Part shown: piece after piece, positions 1 through 12,815 of the stretch
Position numbering within the stretch: the first letter of the stretch is position 1
Layout: each line of letters opens with the position of its first letter
Source: Leucoraja erinacea
Lineage: Eukaryota
Direction: 5' to 3'
DNA length: 64,000 bases
Assembly (NCBI RefSeq): GCF_028641065.1
Contig: NC_073410.1
Span: 7,254,001 to 7,318,000, forward strand
Notes under the pieces: generated by a model
Database searches by the model: none
What the model was told of the DNA's origin: nothing
The model's input: only the letters and a program-made list of their open reading frames with translations
Translations under genes and position numbers: made by a program

Positions 1-761
1 CACGCAGGTCACGGGGAGAACGTGAAAACTCTATATAGACAGCAAATCGAACCCGGGTCTCTGGCGTTGTCAGGCAGCAACCCTACCACTATACCACCTT
101 GGTGCCTATTCTACATTGGAAAGAGCAAATGAATGTGGCAGACAAAAGCCACTGTTGTCTTAATCCCCCATGAAAGAAAGAACGACAGCCAGTTTCTAAA
201 GGAGTGCTTCATTCTGAATAACAGGTGCACAGATGGGCTGCAGAGGTACAAGACCGTCTTGCCCTTCACTCAGGCAAAACAAATAAGCACTTCACTCGAG
301 ATCCCCGGAACAAAGAAGCCCTTTTAGCTTGTTTGCATGGCCTTCATTAGGCTGTGGCCCTGTGTGAACCCAGGGTCAGGTCTCTACTGTCCACCCATTG
401 AAACAGGGGGGACACACTCCATTATGAAGTACTGAATGATGATGGGCAATAATAGTGCATGCTTGTGAAAGAGCCTTGCATACATGGCCTGTGTTCAACT
501 GGCATCAATGGCTAGTTTCAGCCATGCTTTTTCCCCCCTCGATTTGGCGAATGTCGCTGGTGCTCTGTTCAATAAAAGCAGCTGCTATTCAGTGAATGAG
601 GGTTGCAGAGGATGGCCGGGAGGGACACACACGAGGCACTGGACAAAGAGGGCCACTCATCTTTCTCCACCTTCTGCAACACGCTGATAAGCTACAGCAC
701 CCAGGAGGGTTTCCACGTATCCCATGGTTTAGAGAAAGACAAGGCTTCATGCAGTATTATG

Positions 762-903
762 TGTGGGAAGGAACTGCAGATGCTGGTTTAAATCGAAGAT
801 AGGCACAAAATGCTGGAGTAACTCAGCGGGACAGGCAGCATCTCTGGAGAGAAGGAATGGGTGACGTTTCGGGGTGGAGACCCTTCTTCAGACTGATGTC
901 AGG
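762..903 (-). mobile_element. Solo PLE terminal-repeat unit (hammerhead-bearing)
   Basis: Homologous to 36290-36425. Similar solos (either strand) lie near 1298-1391, 13790-13940, 15150-15233, 20335-20430, 22995-23075, 23457-23545, 31225-31310, 34472-34560, 38160-38258, 45530-45650, 46352-46467, 48530-48660, 51025-51102, 55027-55157 and 62232-62360. Confidence 0.85.
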
Positions 904-995
904 GGTGACTCAGCATTGTTGTATCCCAGTCATGTCGCTCTTATCGTAGTTAAGGGACGACGGCTGCTAAAATATGCTTTGTCATTTCTCTAAGA

Positions 996-1152
996 TGTTT
1001 AAGAAGGAACTGCAGATGCTGGAAAATCGAAGGCAGACAAAAATGCTGGAGAAACTCAGCGGGTGCAGCAGCATCTATGGAGCGAAGGAAATAGTCAACG
1101 TTTCGGGCCTGAAGAAGGGTTTCGGCCCGAAACGTTGCCTCTTTCCTTCGCT
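996..1152. mobile_element. Inverted (fold-back) PLE terminal-repeat pair
   Basis: Antisense unit 996-1108 is followed directly by sense CTGAAGAAGGGTTTCGGCCCGAAACGTTGCC. Confidence 0.8.
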
Positions 1153-1461
1153 TAAATGTCGGCCTAACAAAGAAGGCCTTGCTCTTTGAAATTCCAGTCA
1201 GGAGATATTTTTAATCCATCTAAGGGAGTTGGTAGGGCTTTGGATTAATGCCTCAACTGAAAGCGTACCTTTTTTTCGCTCCAAACCCTGGGAGTTTAGA
1301 CACAAAATGCTGGAGTAACTCAGCGGGACCAGCAGCATCTCTGGGGAGAAGGTATGGGTGACGTTTCAGGTCGCGACTCTTCTTCAGACTGGTTTAGTTT
1401 AGTTCAGAGATACAGCACGGAAACAGGCCCTGCGGCCCACCGAGTCCGTGCCAACCAGCGG

Positions 1462-2240
1462 AAAGGGAGGGAGGGGGCGCTGCACTGCAGCAGCCTCTAC
1501 CTACAGCCTGTCTGTCCCTCCAATCTTTTTTTTATTTTTAGTTAGTCTAAAGTTTGTTTTAGGGGGAAACTTTAACTTTTCTATGTGGGGGAGGGGGGCA
1601 GGGTAAGGGGGAAACCATTTCCCAGTCTCTTCCTGGCGGGGACGCGACTATTTCTCCGAGTCGCGTCCTCGCCCCCCACCTCGCGGCCTACCAGCTGGAT
1701 CGGAGCGGCCTTTCCTGCCAGGGGACCGGGGACCGGGAACCGGACCAGGGCTGCTACAGCGGCGGCGCAGCGCTGGAGTCACCACGGAGCGGGCGATACC
1801 TACCCGGGTCGCCGTTTGGAGCTCCGGAGCGTTGGGCCGCTGCCCAACATCGTGGAGCTCTGGTGCGGAGAGCTTCCAACACGGGCGGCGCTGAACAACA
1901 TCGTGGAGTCCTGGGGCGCATTGCAGAGGGTCGCCAGCAGCAGTCTCCACCCGGCGCGGCCTGCGGACTTTGGAAGCCGCCGACTCCGGTAGGAGGGGGC
2001 CGACTCTGGTGTCCACGCCGCTGAGGATGTCCCGCAGCCCCGACGTCGGACTTACAACACCCCGGCGAGCGGCCCTGGACATCGGGCCGCCCGTAGCGGC
2101 AACTGCGGAGGGTTTGGGGAGGTCCTAACCATGAGGAACAGTGGAGGAAGAGACTGACTTTGGTGCCTTCCCACACTAAACCAGAAACTTTGATTCTGCT
2201 GTGTGGGGATGTTTTATGTTAAATTCTATAGTGTGCGTTC
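1462..2240 (+). mobile_element. CpG-rich non-autonomous retroelement-like repeat (unclassified)
   Basis: Shares the 5' T-rich / G-run / hairpin block with 41218-41905(-) and the 3' GCCTTCC...TGTGGNGGATGTTT block with 7272-7655 and 41218-41905. The middle resembles the arms of 26363-27316. Confidence 0.65.
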
Positions 2241-4249
2241 TTTATACCCTTTCTGGCTTAATCCCTCCCTTCACCACCTCCAGTTTAAATTCCAGTTGGA
2301 ATATTTCGGAGGACCCAAGAACCAAGAACCCCGCACATTAGCACTACCCTACACACACACACACACACTAGGAAGTGCGGGAGGAAAGTGAAAATCTTGT
2401 AGAATACCATCGCGGGCCATGAGGAGAACATAAAACTCCGTATAGACAAGCACCAGTGGTCAGGATCGAACCGGGGGTCTCTGGCGCTGTAAGGCATTAG
2501 CTCCACCACAACACTGCTGAGCTGCCCAATAACCTGCAAACCTACTGTTTTAAAAGTACAAATACAATCATCTTCCATCACATTCAAGTGGAGCGTCCCT
2601 GATGTCCAGAACTGAAGAAAAAGATTTCTGCCGATCTCATCAAGATCTTTAAATAATTAATAGTTGCAATAATCCCAGTTGTGCTAGTGTTGTGGGGAGG
2701 GGGGAGGGGGCGGTGTCAGGGCTGCTTGCATTCCTGGAAAATGGGCCGTGTTGCAATTTTTAAATAACGCAAATCAGTATCATCTGCGTATGCATGGAGG
2801 AGTCGCAAGTTTATAAACAAATGTTTTACTTCCCTTTCCAACATGAATTCCAAGAGCTGATTTTATTCCGTATCTCCAATTTTTGACGATGGATTCGCGA
2901 ATTCCCGTTTCCCAAGCAACCATATTTCAGGGGTCACGTATGTTGGTCCATAGACACAAGGAGGTCATTCAGCCCTTCAAGTTTTGCCTAGATGTGCAAT
3001 GAGACTATGGGTGGTGCGAAGTTGCATGCACCATAAATAGAGGGGGCTGGGGAAGAGAGGTCGCTAAAGCTCAGCTGGGAGAGGTTGTCTAGAGTCAGAT
3101 GATGAGATAAAGTCATACAGTGGAAACAGTCCCTTCGGCCCAACTTGCCCACAGCTGCAAAACATGTCCCAGCTACACTAGTCCCACCTGCCTGCACTTG
3201 GTCCATATCCCTCCTAACCTGTCCTAACCATGTACCTTATCTTGACAAATTAATTGATTTGAAGCTAACTATTCTTGGCATGTGCAAGCTCGTATCTAGA
3301 TCAAGTACCTGGTTTGCCTTGCTTCCTCCTGCGAACACCTCGTGGTGTGTTCAGCTTGCAGGCCAGTTTCCAGTGAACTAGTTCTGTTCTTATCAGAGGC
3401 ACTGCCCTTGGAATAGGAGTTAAACCAAGGCCACGCGACACTTCCCGCCTCCTCCCAGAGATCCCACAGTCCTATTTCATAGCAAGAATCTCCAGTGACT
3501 TCTCCCTTATTAAACATAATTGAAACAGCTTTTTGGTTCATTTGCCTCACTGCTGCAGATGGGGCATTTTGGTCGACATAGCAAGTTAGGCTGAAGTGCT
3601 CGATTCCATGCTGTACAACTCTTTACTTTACTTCAGTTGAGAGATACAGCGCAGAAATAGGCCCTTCGGCCCACCAGAGGGGGGGAGGGGGGGGGGCGGA
3701 TTACAGATGGGGTTCAGATACCCAAGTTGCAGGGACAAGTAATACGCGATTCCTTCAGTGGGTTTTTCACCTCCCTTACTAACAATCTTTCTCTGCTAAA
3801 TTAGCCTGCGAAACAATGTTCCTTTGAAAGCACGAACAACCTCGCTGTGCTGTGGGCAGCATATTCTTTCTGTGGGTCCCTGCCGCAAGGATGATTGATG
3901 GCCAGTTTCGGGGTTAACTGAGCCATTAGCCGGCCCAGCCTTTTAAAAGTCACTTTCCCCTCCCCCAACCCGAGCGGCAGTCAACAAGAAAAGCTTTTAG
4001 CCATTCCTGCATCTATGACAACGGCTGCCTTTCTATTGTCTCAAGTTTAGAGAAGATTACCGCTATCAGCAGTCCTTATCTGCAGAGTACAGGGAGTCAT
4101 CAGGTCCACTGGTAAAACACATGGCAGGGTGCCCAATACACTGATAGCTATTTCACTGTGCAAACAACATCTGGTCTGTAGAACACCTGCCTCACCGACT
4201 CACCTGCAGGTACACAACAACAATGTACCTTTCACTGTGGCACATTATA

Positions 4250-4990
4250 GACGGGAGACACAGCGCGGAAACAGGCCCTTCGGCCCACCGGGTCCGTGCC
4301 GACCAGCGATCCCCGCACATTAGCACTATCCTACACCCACCAGGGACAATTTTTACATTTGCCAAGCCAATTAACCTACAAACATGTACGTCTTTGGAAT
4401 GTGAGAGGAAACCGAAGATGTCGGAGAAAACCCACGCAGGTCACGGGGAGAACGTACAAACTCCGTACAGACAGCACCTGTAATCAGGATCGAACCCGGG
4501 TCTCTGGACGTATTCACTGTAAGGCAGAAACTCGACCGCTGTGCCACTGTGACTGCCTGACCAGTAATGCAGGGAATTACTTTTAGTTTAGTTTAGAGAT
4601 ACAGTACGGAAACAGGCCCTTCAGCCCAGCGAGTACGTGCCGACCCGCAATCCACGCCCACTCACACTATCCTACATGCACTAGGGTCAATTCCCTAGTC
4701 AATAACAATAAGTCTCCTACAGTATTCCTTTTCTCCAGAGATGCTACTGACCCACTGAGATACTCCAGCTTTTTGTGTCTATCTAGGAACAATTTACAAT
4801 GACACCAAGCCAATTGTCCTACAAACCAGTATGTCTTTGGAGTGTGGGAGGAAACCGGAGCTCCCGGAGAAAACCCACGCAGGTCACAGGGAGAACGTAC
4901 AAACTCCGTACAGACAGCACCCGCAGTCCGGATCGAACCCGGGTCTCCGGTGCTGCAAGGCAGGAACTCTACTGCTGCGCCACTGTGCTG
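4250..4990 (-). mobile_element. Two tandem HE1-like SINEs (4250-4550; 4580-4990 with a PLE fragment inside)
   Basis: Reverse complement of the SINE consensus, including B box GGTTCGATCC. Confidence 0.88.
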
Positions 4991-5328
4991 CCCCAGACTT
5001 GTTTCCTGTTGTTGCATGAACTAAGAATCTCAAGTGCTGTTGGTTTCAGATAAGTGTCCTGAAAAAGCTGTAGTTTAATCATCATGTTAAGACCCTATCA
5101 CTCCTTCACTTCATTTGCTGCATGGAAACAAGCCCTTCGGCCAAACTTGTCTATGTCAAACCAGTTGCCTTGTCTAGTACAAACCTGTGCCTGTATCCAT
5201 GTGGTGTCTAAGTGTCATAAATGTAACTATCTCCACCAATTCCTCTGGCAGTTTGTTCCATATGTACACCGTCCTCTATGAAGATGTTGCTCCTCGGGTC
5301 CCTATTAAGTTTTTCCCCTTTTAACTTA

Positions 5329-5490
5329 TGGGCCTGTCCCACTTAGGCGATTTTTTGGGCGAATGCTGCAGAATTTTCAACATAGTGAAAATGTTTCGCC
5401 AACAGTGGCTGTCGTAGGTTGACGTAGGTGAATTTCATTCAAACTAGTCCCTGGCAGTCTCCTAAAGATCACCTAAGTGGGACAGGCCCA
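5329..5490. mobile_element. PIF/Harbinger-type MITE (internal type B)
   Basis: TIRs TGGGCCTGTCCCACTTAGG / CCTAAGTGGGACAGGCCCA with TTA on both sides. Inserted in a CR1 remnant. Confidence 0.85.
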
Positions 5491-6328
5491 TTAGTCTCAC
5501 ATATCCTGGGGCAGACAGTGGCTCCTCACTTTATCCATGTCCCTCATGGTATAAATTTATCTCCACAGCCTCTTACACTCAAGGGGAAAAAAAGACCCAG
5601 CCTCTTCTCATGGATCTAGCCGTCAGACCCAGTAACATTCGCATAAACCATCTTTGTACCCTTTACCATTCAATGATAATCAATAGTAGTCTGAATGTGG
5701 CCAAGCCAATGTCTTGTACAGCTGTAACACGATGTCTCAACTTGTGACAACTGCATACTGACTGATGAAGGCAAGCTAATGAGATTTAAAAGGGGCTGCA
5801 AAAATGGAAGTTGTTGCAGTGAACTCAAATGACTGGCAAATCTTTATTCCTGATAGACCATCAACCAGCTTCACCACGTTCAATGCAGTTTGCTTTCCAT
5901 CAGAGAGTGCAGTTGTCATCGCTATTTGCTGCATACAAACACTGCATGTGGAAGCTCGGTGAATTGCTTCATCTTAAATTTAATTTAAAGTCTTTCAGAT
6001 TATTGGATGTGACTAAATTGGAAAGGTTAATCTTTCTTTGAGCAATGTTCTTGTCAGTGCTATCTGGATATTTGCGACGTTACAATCTTACCTGGTTGTT
6101 CAGCCAGTCAATTATGAAATCGCTGGAGATTACTGGGGGCCATTCAGCTCGAGTCTGTGCCCGTATTAACTTTCCACATGAGCAGGTGGTTCCAATCTTA
6201 ATTAACCCCAGTATTAGTGAGCTGGAAACTATCTGTATTGTTCCACCCGCTCACATTTTTAAACAACTCTTCCCTGAAGAGCAAGAACTGGGGAGGATGG
6301 AGCCAGTGTGATGACGAATGTGGAGTAA

Positions 6329-6545
6329 AGGGCCTGTCCCACTTTCACAACCTAATTCACGACCTCTGCCGAGTTTGCCCTTGGCTCATACTCACAGCGT
6401 GGTCGTCACGAAGTCGTAGCAGGCCGTGATGTTAGCTGTAGGTACTCATGGCATCAAGTAGGTCGGGCGCTTTTTCTAGCATGATGAAAAATGTCCACGA
6501 GTAAAAAAAGGTTGTGAATTAGGTTGTGAAAGTGGGACAGGCCCC
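6329..6545. mobile_element. PIF/Harbinger-type MITE (internal type C)
   Basis: TIR GGGCCTGTCCCACTTTCACAACCTAATTCAC and its inverse. Flanks TAA / TTA. Confidence 0.85.
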
Positions 6546-6959
6546 TTAAGGAGCCTGGGGCTCGCCTGAATCAGGCACCGCTCATAACAACCAGAGCGTG
6601 GACTAGACTTGGAAAATGGCTCCAAAACAGGGATCCTCTTTCGTGCGGTCTCAGTGGGATATTTCTGTACACTTTGCTAATTGGGGGCTGGACTGTTTGT
6701 TAGCGAATTTCACTGTTCATTTGCACATCTGACGAGAACACACCACTAAACCGTCCAAAGATGGAGACTTTGAACCTCAGCGAGAGGTTGTGTACAAGGG
6801 GATTTGTGAAGCTCATTGGCACTGAAACAGCAGGAGAAAAGGGGCAACATGAAGTGGCATTGAACGATCTCCAAGGCCAGAACAGGCTGCAATGAGATGG
6901 GTCCCTTTGGATTTTTAGCTTGATTCTGGAAATTCTTCTCGTTATTAAGTGCAAGACGT

Positions 6960-7268
6960 GGGTGGCACGGTGGCGCAGCGGTAGAGTTGTTGTAGTACAG
7001 CCTTTGCAGCGCCAGAGACCTGGCTACGATCCCAACTTCAGGTGCTTGTCTGTACGAAGTTTGTACGTTCTCCCCATGACCACGTCGGCTTTCTCCGAGA
7101 TCTTCGGTTTCCTCCCACACTCCAAAAGACGCACAGGTTTGTGGGTTAATTGGCTTGGTGTAAATGTAAATTGTCCCCAGTGTGTGTAGGATAGTGTAAG
7201 TGTGTGGGATCGCTGGTCGGCGTGGACCTGGTGGGCCGAAGGGCCTGTTTCCGTGCTATATCTCTACT
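6960..7268 (+). mobile_element. tRNA-derived V-SINE (HE1-like)
   Basis: tRNA-like head with A box (TGGCGCAGCGG), central GGTTTCCTCCCACACTCCAAAAGAC domain and a CR1-derived tail GGGCCGAAGGGCCTGTTTCCGTGCT. Confidence 0.9.
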
Positions 7269-7271
7269 CCA

Positions 7272-7655
7272 ACCGTGGGGCCTGTGGACTTCAACATCGT
7301 GAAGCCTGCAGTCTCTGGTGAGAAGAGGCCGACTCGGGAGCTCCATGCCGTGGAGAGAGTTAAAACCGACCCGACGCGGAGGTTTTGATCTCCCCGACGG
7401 GGGGCTTCGATCATCAAATGTGGGGGCTTTGATCGCGGAAGGTTTGACTGCCTCGACTGCGGGAGGAAGAGGATTGAACCTTATTGCCTTCCATCACAGT
7501 GAGGAATGTGGAATCCACTGTGGTGGATGTTTATGTTCACTTTAATGTGGTTGTGTGTCTTGTTGCTTTTCACTTAGTATGGCTGTATGGTAGCTCAAAA
7601 TTCCACTGTACCTTAATTGGTACATGTGACAAAAAGCTGACCTTGACCTTGAAAC
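7272..7655 (+). mobile_element. 5'-truncated member of the CpG-rich repeat family with Rex-like tail
   Basis: GCCTTCCATCACAGTGAGGAATGTG...GTACATGTGACAAAAAG plus a (TGACCT)n tail. Confidence 0.65.
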
Positions 7656-8311
7656 CTTGCATTAAACTAAACTATTGGCACTGCTATAAAAACAGAAGAC
7701 ACTGCAGATATTCAGTGGATCAGCTCCCGTTGAATGTGGAGGCTGGTTGTGAGCATGGAGCCTCTCTAATCTTTTTCTTTGTCCCTAATCTTGTTTGGCA
7801 AGGCTCATGATTGCATCTTCCACTCTTCCCCTCTCCTCCCCGCCTGAATGGGATAGAGTTCCCCTTGTCCCCGCCAGCTGCCACATTCAAAGGATCGCCC
7901 GCTCTCTTTTCCGCCACCTTTTTGTGCTTCATGCACTTACTGCAATGCGCAGAGTTGGCAGAGAGCCAATGAATATCTCAAATGCAAAACAATTTCAGAA
8001 GCAGACAAAAAAATGCATCGAAAAAAAAAAATATTGAGCGAGATTGAAATCAATTGTCTACGATATCTACCTTCACCTGAGGCCCAAACAAGCGTTCCAC
8101 ATTACTGAATCCTGCACTGGTTGTAAGAGGCAAGTCAGCTGTGAGAATGTGTCATATCTCTCCCCCAGAATCATCACAGGCTCACACAAATACGCTTTGA
8201 AATCATGAAGGCAAGATCAACTGGATTCAACACATTCCACAGAGATGACTTGAGATAAGACTCAAGCAACTCATGCTGGAGAGGGGACCAGTTAGGTCTC
8301 TCACCGAGGCT

Positions 8312-8621
8312 CAGTTTAGTTTAGAGACACAGCGCAGAGTTTAGGCTCTTGGGTCCACCAAGTCCTCACGGACCAGCGATCCCCGCACAGTTTAAACCAT
8401 CCCACACGAAGGACAATTATCAAAAACATTTTATACCAAGCCAATCACCTTACAAACCTGTACGTCTTTGGAGTGTGGGAGGAAACTGGAGATCCCTGAG
8501 AAAACCCACGCAGGTCACGGGGAGAACGTACAAACTCCGTACAGACAAGCACCTGTAGCCAGGATCAAAACCAGGTATCTGGCGCTGTAAGTGCAGCAAT
8601 TCCACCACTGCGCCACCGTGC
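8312..8621 (-). mobile_element. HE1-like SINE
   Basis: Full-length consensus match. Partial copies at 1-100, 2325-2520, 9915-10030, 10945-11120 and 12820-12940. Confidence 0.88.
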
Positions 8622-9535
8622 AGCGCACCACACTTATTTTAAAATTTTAAATATATAATTTTTTAATTATATGTTCAGTTATTGTGCAGAATCACTTACC
8701 AAAAAGCAATGTAAACCTGGAAAGCTCTAAAAATAATTGTTTATGACCATGTGTTATTGGAGATTACAATAATATCGTCAAGACATTTGGATGGGTACAT
8801 AGACGGGAAAGGTTTAGAGGGATATGGGCCAAACATGAGATGGGGAATTTCAGTCAGCAAGGAAGAGTAGGGCCGAAGGGCCTGTGTTGTATGACTATCA
8901 CTTACAACTTGGGCAAGGGAATGGAAGCAACCAGAGTTTACATATCACCCCACACTGACTGAAACAACAGGTTCAAAGGGTTGAACAGCCTTCCTTGTCT
9001 TGCTCCATCCGATTAGACCGCGTATAGACTTTAGTCCGTATGTTTTCTTGCAAAGTGGTTGCCTGGAGGGACTGAAGCATTGAGCAGAGCACAGGAAAGT
9101 TGGAAAACCACCCTGGGCATGTTGCAGGGCGGGTTAAATAACACTTTATTGGACTCAAACATTCAGATTCATTCAAACCCTGCCTAATTGCTGTGTTTAT
9201 CAGAGGTAACATCAAATGCCTTTGTTCAGAGTCTTGGTGGGGCGAGTGGGTGTGGGTGTGGGTGTGAGTGTATTCTTCACAGGCCACATGTTTACTGCGG
9301 ATTATGCTGTGCCTTTTGCAGCCGGCTCTCCGAAAGAGAATCACAATGTTGTTTAGATCCAGGAATTGTTTGTTGTAGAACATAGAACAGTACAGGAACA
9401 GGCCCACACAGTCTGCTGTGAAAATGATGTCCAAGTAGAGTAATCTCATCTTCCTACACACAATCCATTCCTTGCATATCCATGTGCCCATCAAAAGGCC
9501 TCTTAAACGCCATTTATTTCCTGTAAAGACAGTAA

Positions 9536-9820
9536 AGGGCCTGCCTGTCCCACTGTACAAGGTAATTCAAGAACTCAGATAATTACGGTAATAGCCGTTC
9601 GTAGGTACTCGGGGCTCTCGTGGACATTTTTCACAGTGCTGAAAAATCTTCACGAGTTACCGCGTTAACCGAGTACCTACCGTTAGCGTTACGAGCTGCC
9701 ACGAGACATCCACGAGCTCCATCGTAGCCGCTACATACATTCTACGTACTTACCACGAGTTTGATTTTTTTTTAAACTCGGGAAGCTCTTGAATTACCTC
9801 GTACAGTGGGACAGGGCCCT
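9536..9820. mobile_element. PIF/Harbinger-type MITE (internal type A)
   Basis: TIRs AGGGCC(TGCC)TGTCCCACTGTAC / GTACAGTGGGACAGGGCCCT, flanks TAA / TTA. The paralogous empty site at ~12056 has a single TAA. Confidence 0.9.
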
Positions 9821-10083
9821 TTAAACATTGCTTTGCCCCCCATCTCTCCTGGCCTTGCCCCCAGTATTCATTTCTAATTTTAATTAATAACCTTATATAT
9901 TTTATTTTATTTTATAGGTACAGCGTGGAAACAGACTTTTCGACCCGCCAAGTCCACTCTGACCAGTGATCCCTGCACACTAACACTACCCTACACACAC
10001 ACACACGGGATAATTACCAATGACCTGTATTTGTCTGTAACTCGTTTTCTCCTCGCCCACAGCTAACAATACCCTATTTCCTT

Positions 10084-10260
10084 GTTTAAGAAAGAACTGC
10101 AGATGCTGGAAAAATTGAAGGTCGACAAAAATGCTGGAGAAACTCAGCGGGTGAGGCAGCATCTATGGAGTTGAAGAAGGGTCTCGACCCGAAACATCGC
10201 CTATTCCTTCGCTCCACAGATGCTGCCTCACCCGCTGAGTTTCTCCAACATTGTCTACCT
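10084..10260. mobile_element. Fold-back PLE terminal-repeat pair nested in an older PLE 3' fragment (~10030-10475)
   Basis: Antisense arm followed by a sense arm carrying the hammerhead-like core. ATTTCCTT occurs on both sides. Confidence 0.75.
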
Positions 10261-12729
10261 ATGGCCAATTTCCTTTATCATTGTCACTTTTTTATTTGCA
10301 TACCTTCCAATCATTTGTTCTTTATCTCTCTACATCACCACCTGTATCTCTCATTTCCCTTTCCCCGGACTCTCAGTCTGAAGAAGGGTTTCGACCCAAA
10401 ACCTCATCTTTTTTTTTTCTCCACAGATGCTGTCTGACCCACTGAGTTACTCCAGCTTTTTTGTGTCGATCTTCAAAGCTAAAGATGCATTCTTTCCACT
10501 ATCCCTATGTATTTTCCCAGCTGATTCATGGAAGCCTGGCATCTCTAAAATCTGCAGACCATCAGAGACATGACTGAATCTTTGGAGAGGAAACAATCCC
10601 TTTGAACACAAGGGGAAGACTCAAAGCACTACATACTAACAAGTGCAGTGCCACAGAAACCTGGTGCAAGTCTGTGCGTGCAATTCCCCACAAGTGTGTG
10701 TGGTCTTATGCCAAGAACAACACCTTGTATTGATATAGTTCCCTTAACATAGCAAAACAGCCCAAGGCACTTCACAGGAGAATTATTAAGTAAAATTTGG
10801 CAGTGTGCTGCAAGATGATGCCACAGCAAATGATCAAATGCTGGGAAGAAGTGGAAGATTCTAATGAGGAGGTTAGGCAGAGGTTTAAAATAAGCTATTC
10901 CAAAGTTTGGGGCCATGGTAACTAAACATCTGCCAACAGTGAATTTACCAAAGCTGATTAACCCACAAACCCGTACGTCTTTGAAGTGTGGGGGGAAACT
11001 GGAGATCCCAGAGAAAAACCACGCAGGTCACGGGAAGAATGTACAAACTCCGTACAGACAAGCACTCGTAGTCAAGGTCTTTGGTTCTGCATGTGCTGTA
11101 AGGCAGCAACTCTACAACTGCGTTTCGGTACAAGAAGTTTCTAGGTTATGGGTGCCCCTTTAATGCTTCAAGCAGATGCAGTTATACTTTGTTACTTGCA
11201 ACCCCAATGCAGAGGGCAAGTACAGTTCTTCCAATATCTCCTCCAGCCATAGTCATGCAGCGTACCACACTTATTTTTGCATTTTATATAATGTTTTAAT
11301 TATACGTTCAGTTATTGTCCAGAATTACTTTCCAAAAAGCAATAGAAAGCTCTAAAAATAATTGTTTATGACCTGTGTCGACCAGAAGCTTGGAGATTAC
11401 AATAATATCGTCAAGACATTTAGACGGGTACATAGACGGGAAAGGTTTAGAGGGATATGGGCCAAACATGAGACGGGGCATTTCAGTCAGCAAGGAAGAG
11501 TAGGGCCGAAGGGCCTGTGTTGTATGACTATCACTTACAACTTGTCAAGGGAATGGAAGCAAACAGAGTTTACATATCACCCCACACTGACTGAAGCAAC
11601 AGGTTCAAAGGGTTGAACAGCCTTCCTCGTCTTGCTCCGTCCGATTAGACCGCGTATAGACTTTAGTCCGTATGTTTTCTTGCAAAGTGGTTGCCTGGAG
11701 GGACTGAAGCTTTGAACAGAGCACAGGAAAGTTGGAAAACCACCCTGGGCATGTTGCAGGGCGGGTTAAATAACACTTTATTGGACTCAAACATTCAGAT
11801 TCACTCAAGCCCTGCTTAATTGCTGTGTTTATCAGAGGTAACATCAAATGCCTTTGTTCACAGTCTTGGTGGGGCGAAGTATTCTTCACAGGCCACATGT
11901 TTACTGCGGATTATGCTTTGCCTTTTGCAGGCAGGAACAGGCCCACAATGATGTCAAGGTAGATCTCATCTGCCAGCACGCGATCCATTCCTTGCATCCA
12001 TGTGCCATGTCCATCGAAAAGCCTCTTAAATGCCATTTATTTCCTGTAATGATGGTAAAACATTGCTTTGCCCCCATCTCTCCTGTCCATGCCTCCAGCA
12101 TTCATTTCCAATTTTTATTAATAACCCTAGATATCTTATTTTATTTTATTTTAAACAATAGTAGGCCATTTGGCCCTTCGAGCCAGCACCGCCATTCACT
12201 GTGATCATGGCTGATCATCCACAATCAGTACCTCGTTCCTGCCTTCTCCCCATATCTCTTGACTCTGCTATCTTTAAGAGCTCTACCTAACTCTCTCTTG
12301 AAAATTGGACTCAACTACCTTCTGAGGCAGAGAATTCCACAGGTTCACAACTCTGAGTGAGAGTTTTTCCACCATCCCTATATATTTTCCCAGCTGATTC
12401 TCCGCGGAGAAGCCTGGCATCTCTAATCTCTGCGGACCATCCATGACTGAATCTTTGGAAAGGAAACAATCCCTTTGAACACAAGGGGCAGACTCAAAGC
12501 ACTACATACTAACAAGTGCAGTGCCACAGAAACCTGGTGCAAGTCTGTGCGTGCAATTCCCCACAAGTGTGTGTGGTCTTATGCCAAGAACAACACCTTG
12601 TATTAATATAGTTCCCGTAACATAGCAAAACAGCCCAAGGCACTTCACAGGATAATTATCAAGCAAAATTTGGCAGTGTGCTGCAAGATGATGCCAGGAC
12701 AGATGATCAAATGCTGGGAAGAAGAGGTA

Positions 12730-12815
12730 CAGTGCCCTCCATAATGTTTGGGACAAAGACCCATCGTGTATTTATTTGCCTCTGTACTCCACAATTTGAG
12801 ATTTGTAATAGAAAT
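12730..12815 (+). mobile_element. Tc1-like DNA transposon terminal fragment
   Basis: TA followed by CAGTGCCCTCCATAATGTTTGGGACA, a typical Tc1 TIR start. No matching second end seen. Confidence 0.7.

Larger units (their letters stand above)
8618..12726 (+). repeat. Local tandem segmental duplication (copy 1 ~8618-10851; copy 2 ~11256-12726)
   Basis: Collinear blocks 8620-9320/11258-11930, 9400-9535/11935-12055, 9821-9915/12056-12152 and 10500-10851/12372-12726, separated by copy-specific insertions. Confidence 0.92.

Noticed and set aside
1600-1710. Possible HDV-like ribozyme (CCAG-TCTCTTC-CTGG plus hairpin) near the 5' end of the CpG-rich element
   Set aside because: I could not identify P1/P2 pairings for the nested double pseudoknot.
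1585-2176. 135-144 aa ORFs on both strands
   Set aside because: Stop-poor by-product of GC-rich repeat sequence. Low-complexity Arg/Pro/Gly/Ala translations with no domain or splice context.
6085-6105. Other isolated splice-like motifs (minus CAG|GTAAGA ~6091; minus TTG|GTAAGT ~8699; plus acceptor ~35722; plus TAG|GTAAGT ~45900)
   Set aside because: No polypyrimidine tract or no matching partner site with an open frame; expected by chance in 64 kb.
8973-9560. 195-aa ORF and its 97-aa paralogue at 11605-11898
   Set aside because: The similarity reflects the DNA duplication. The ORF runs through microsatellite, CR1 and MITE sequence, and the frames diverge outside the shared core.
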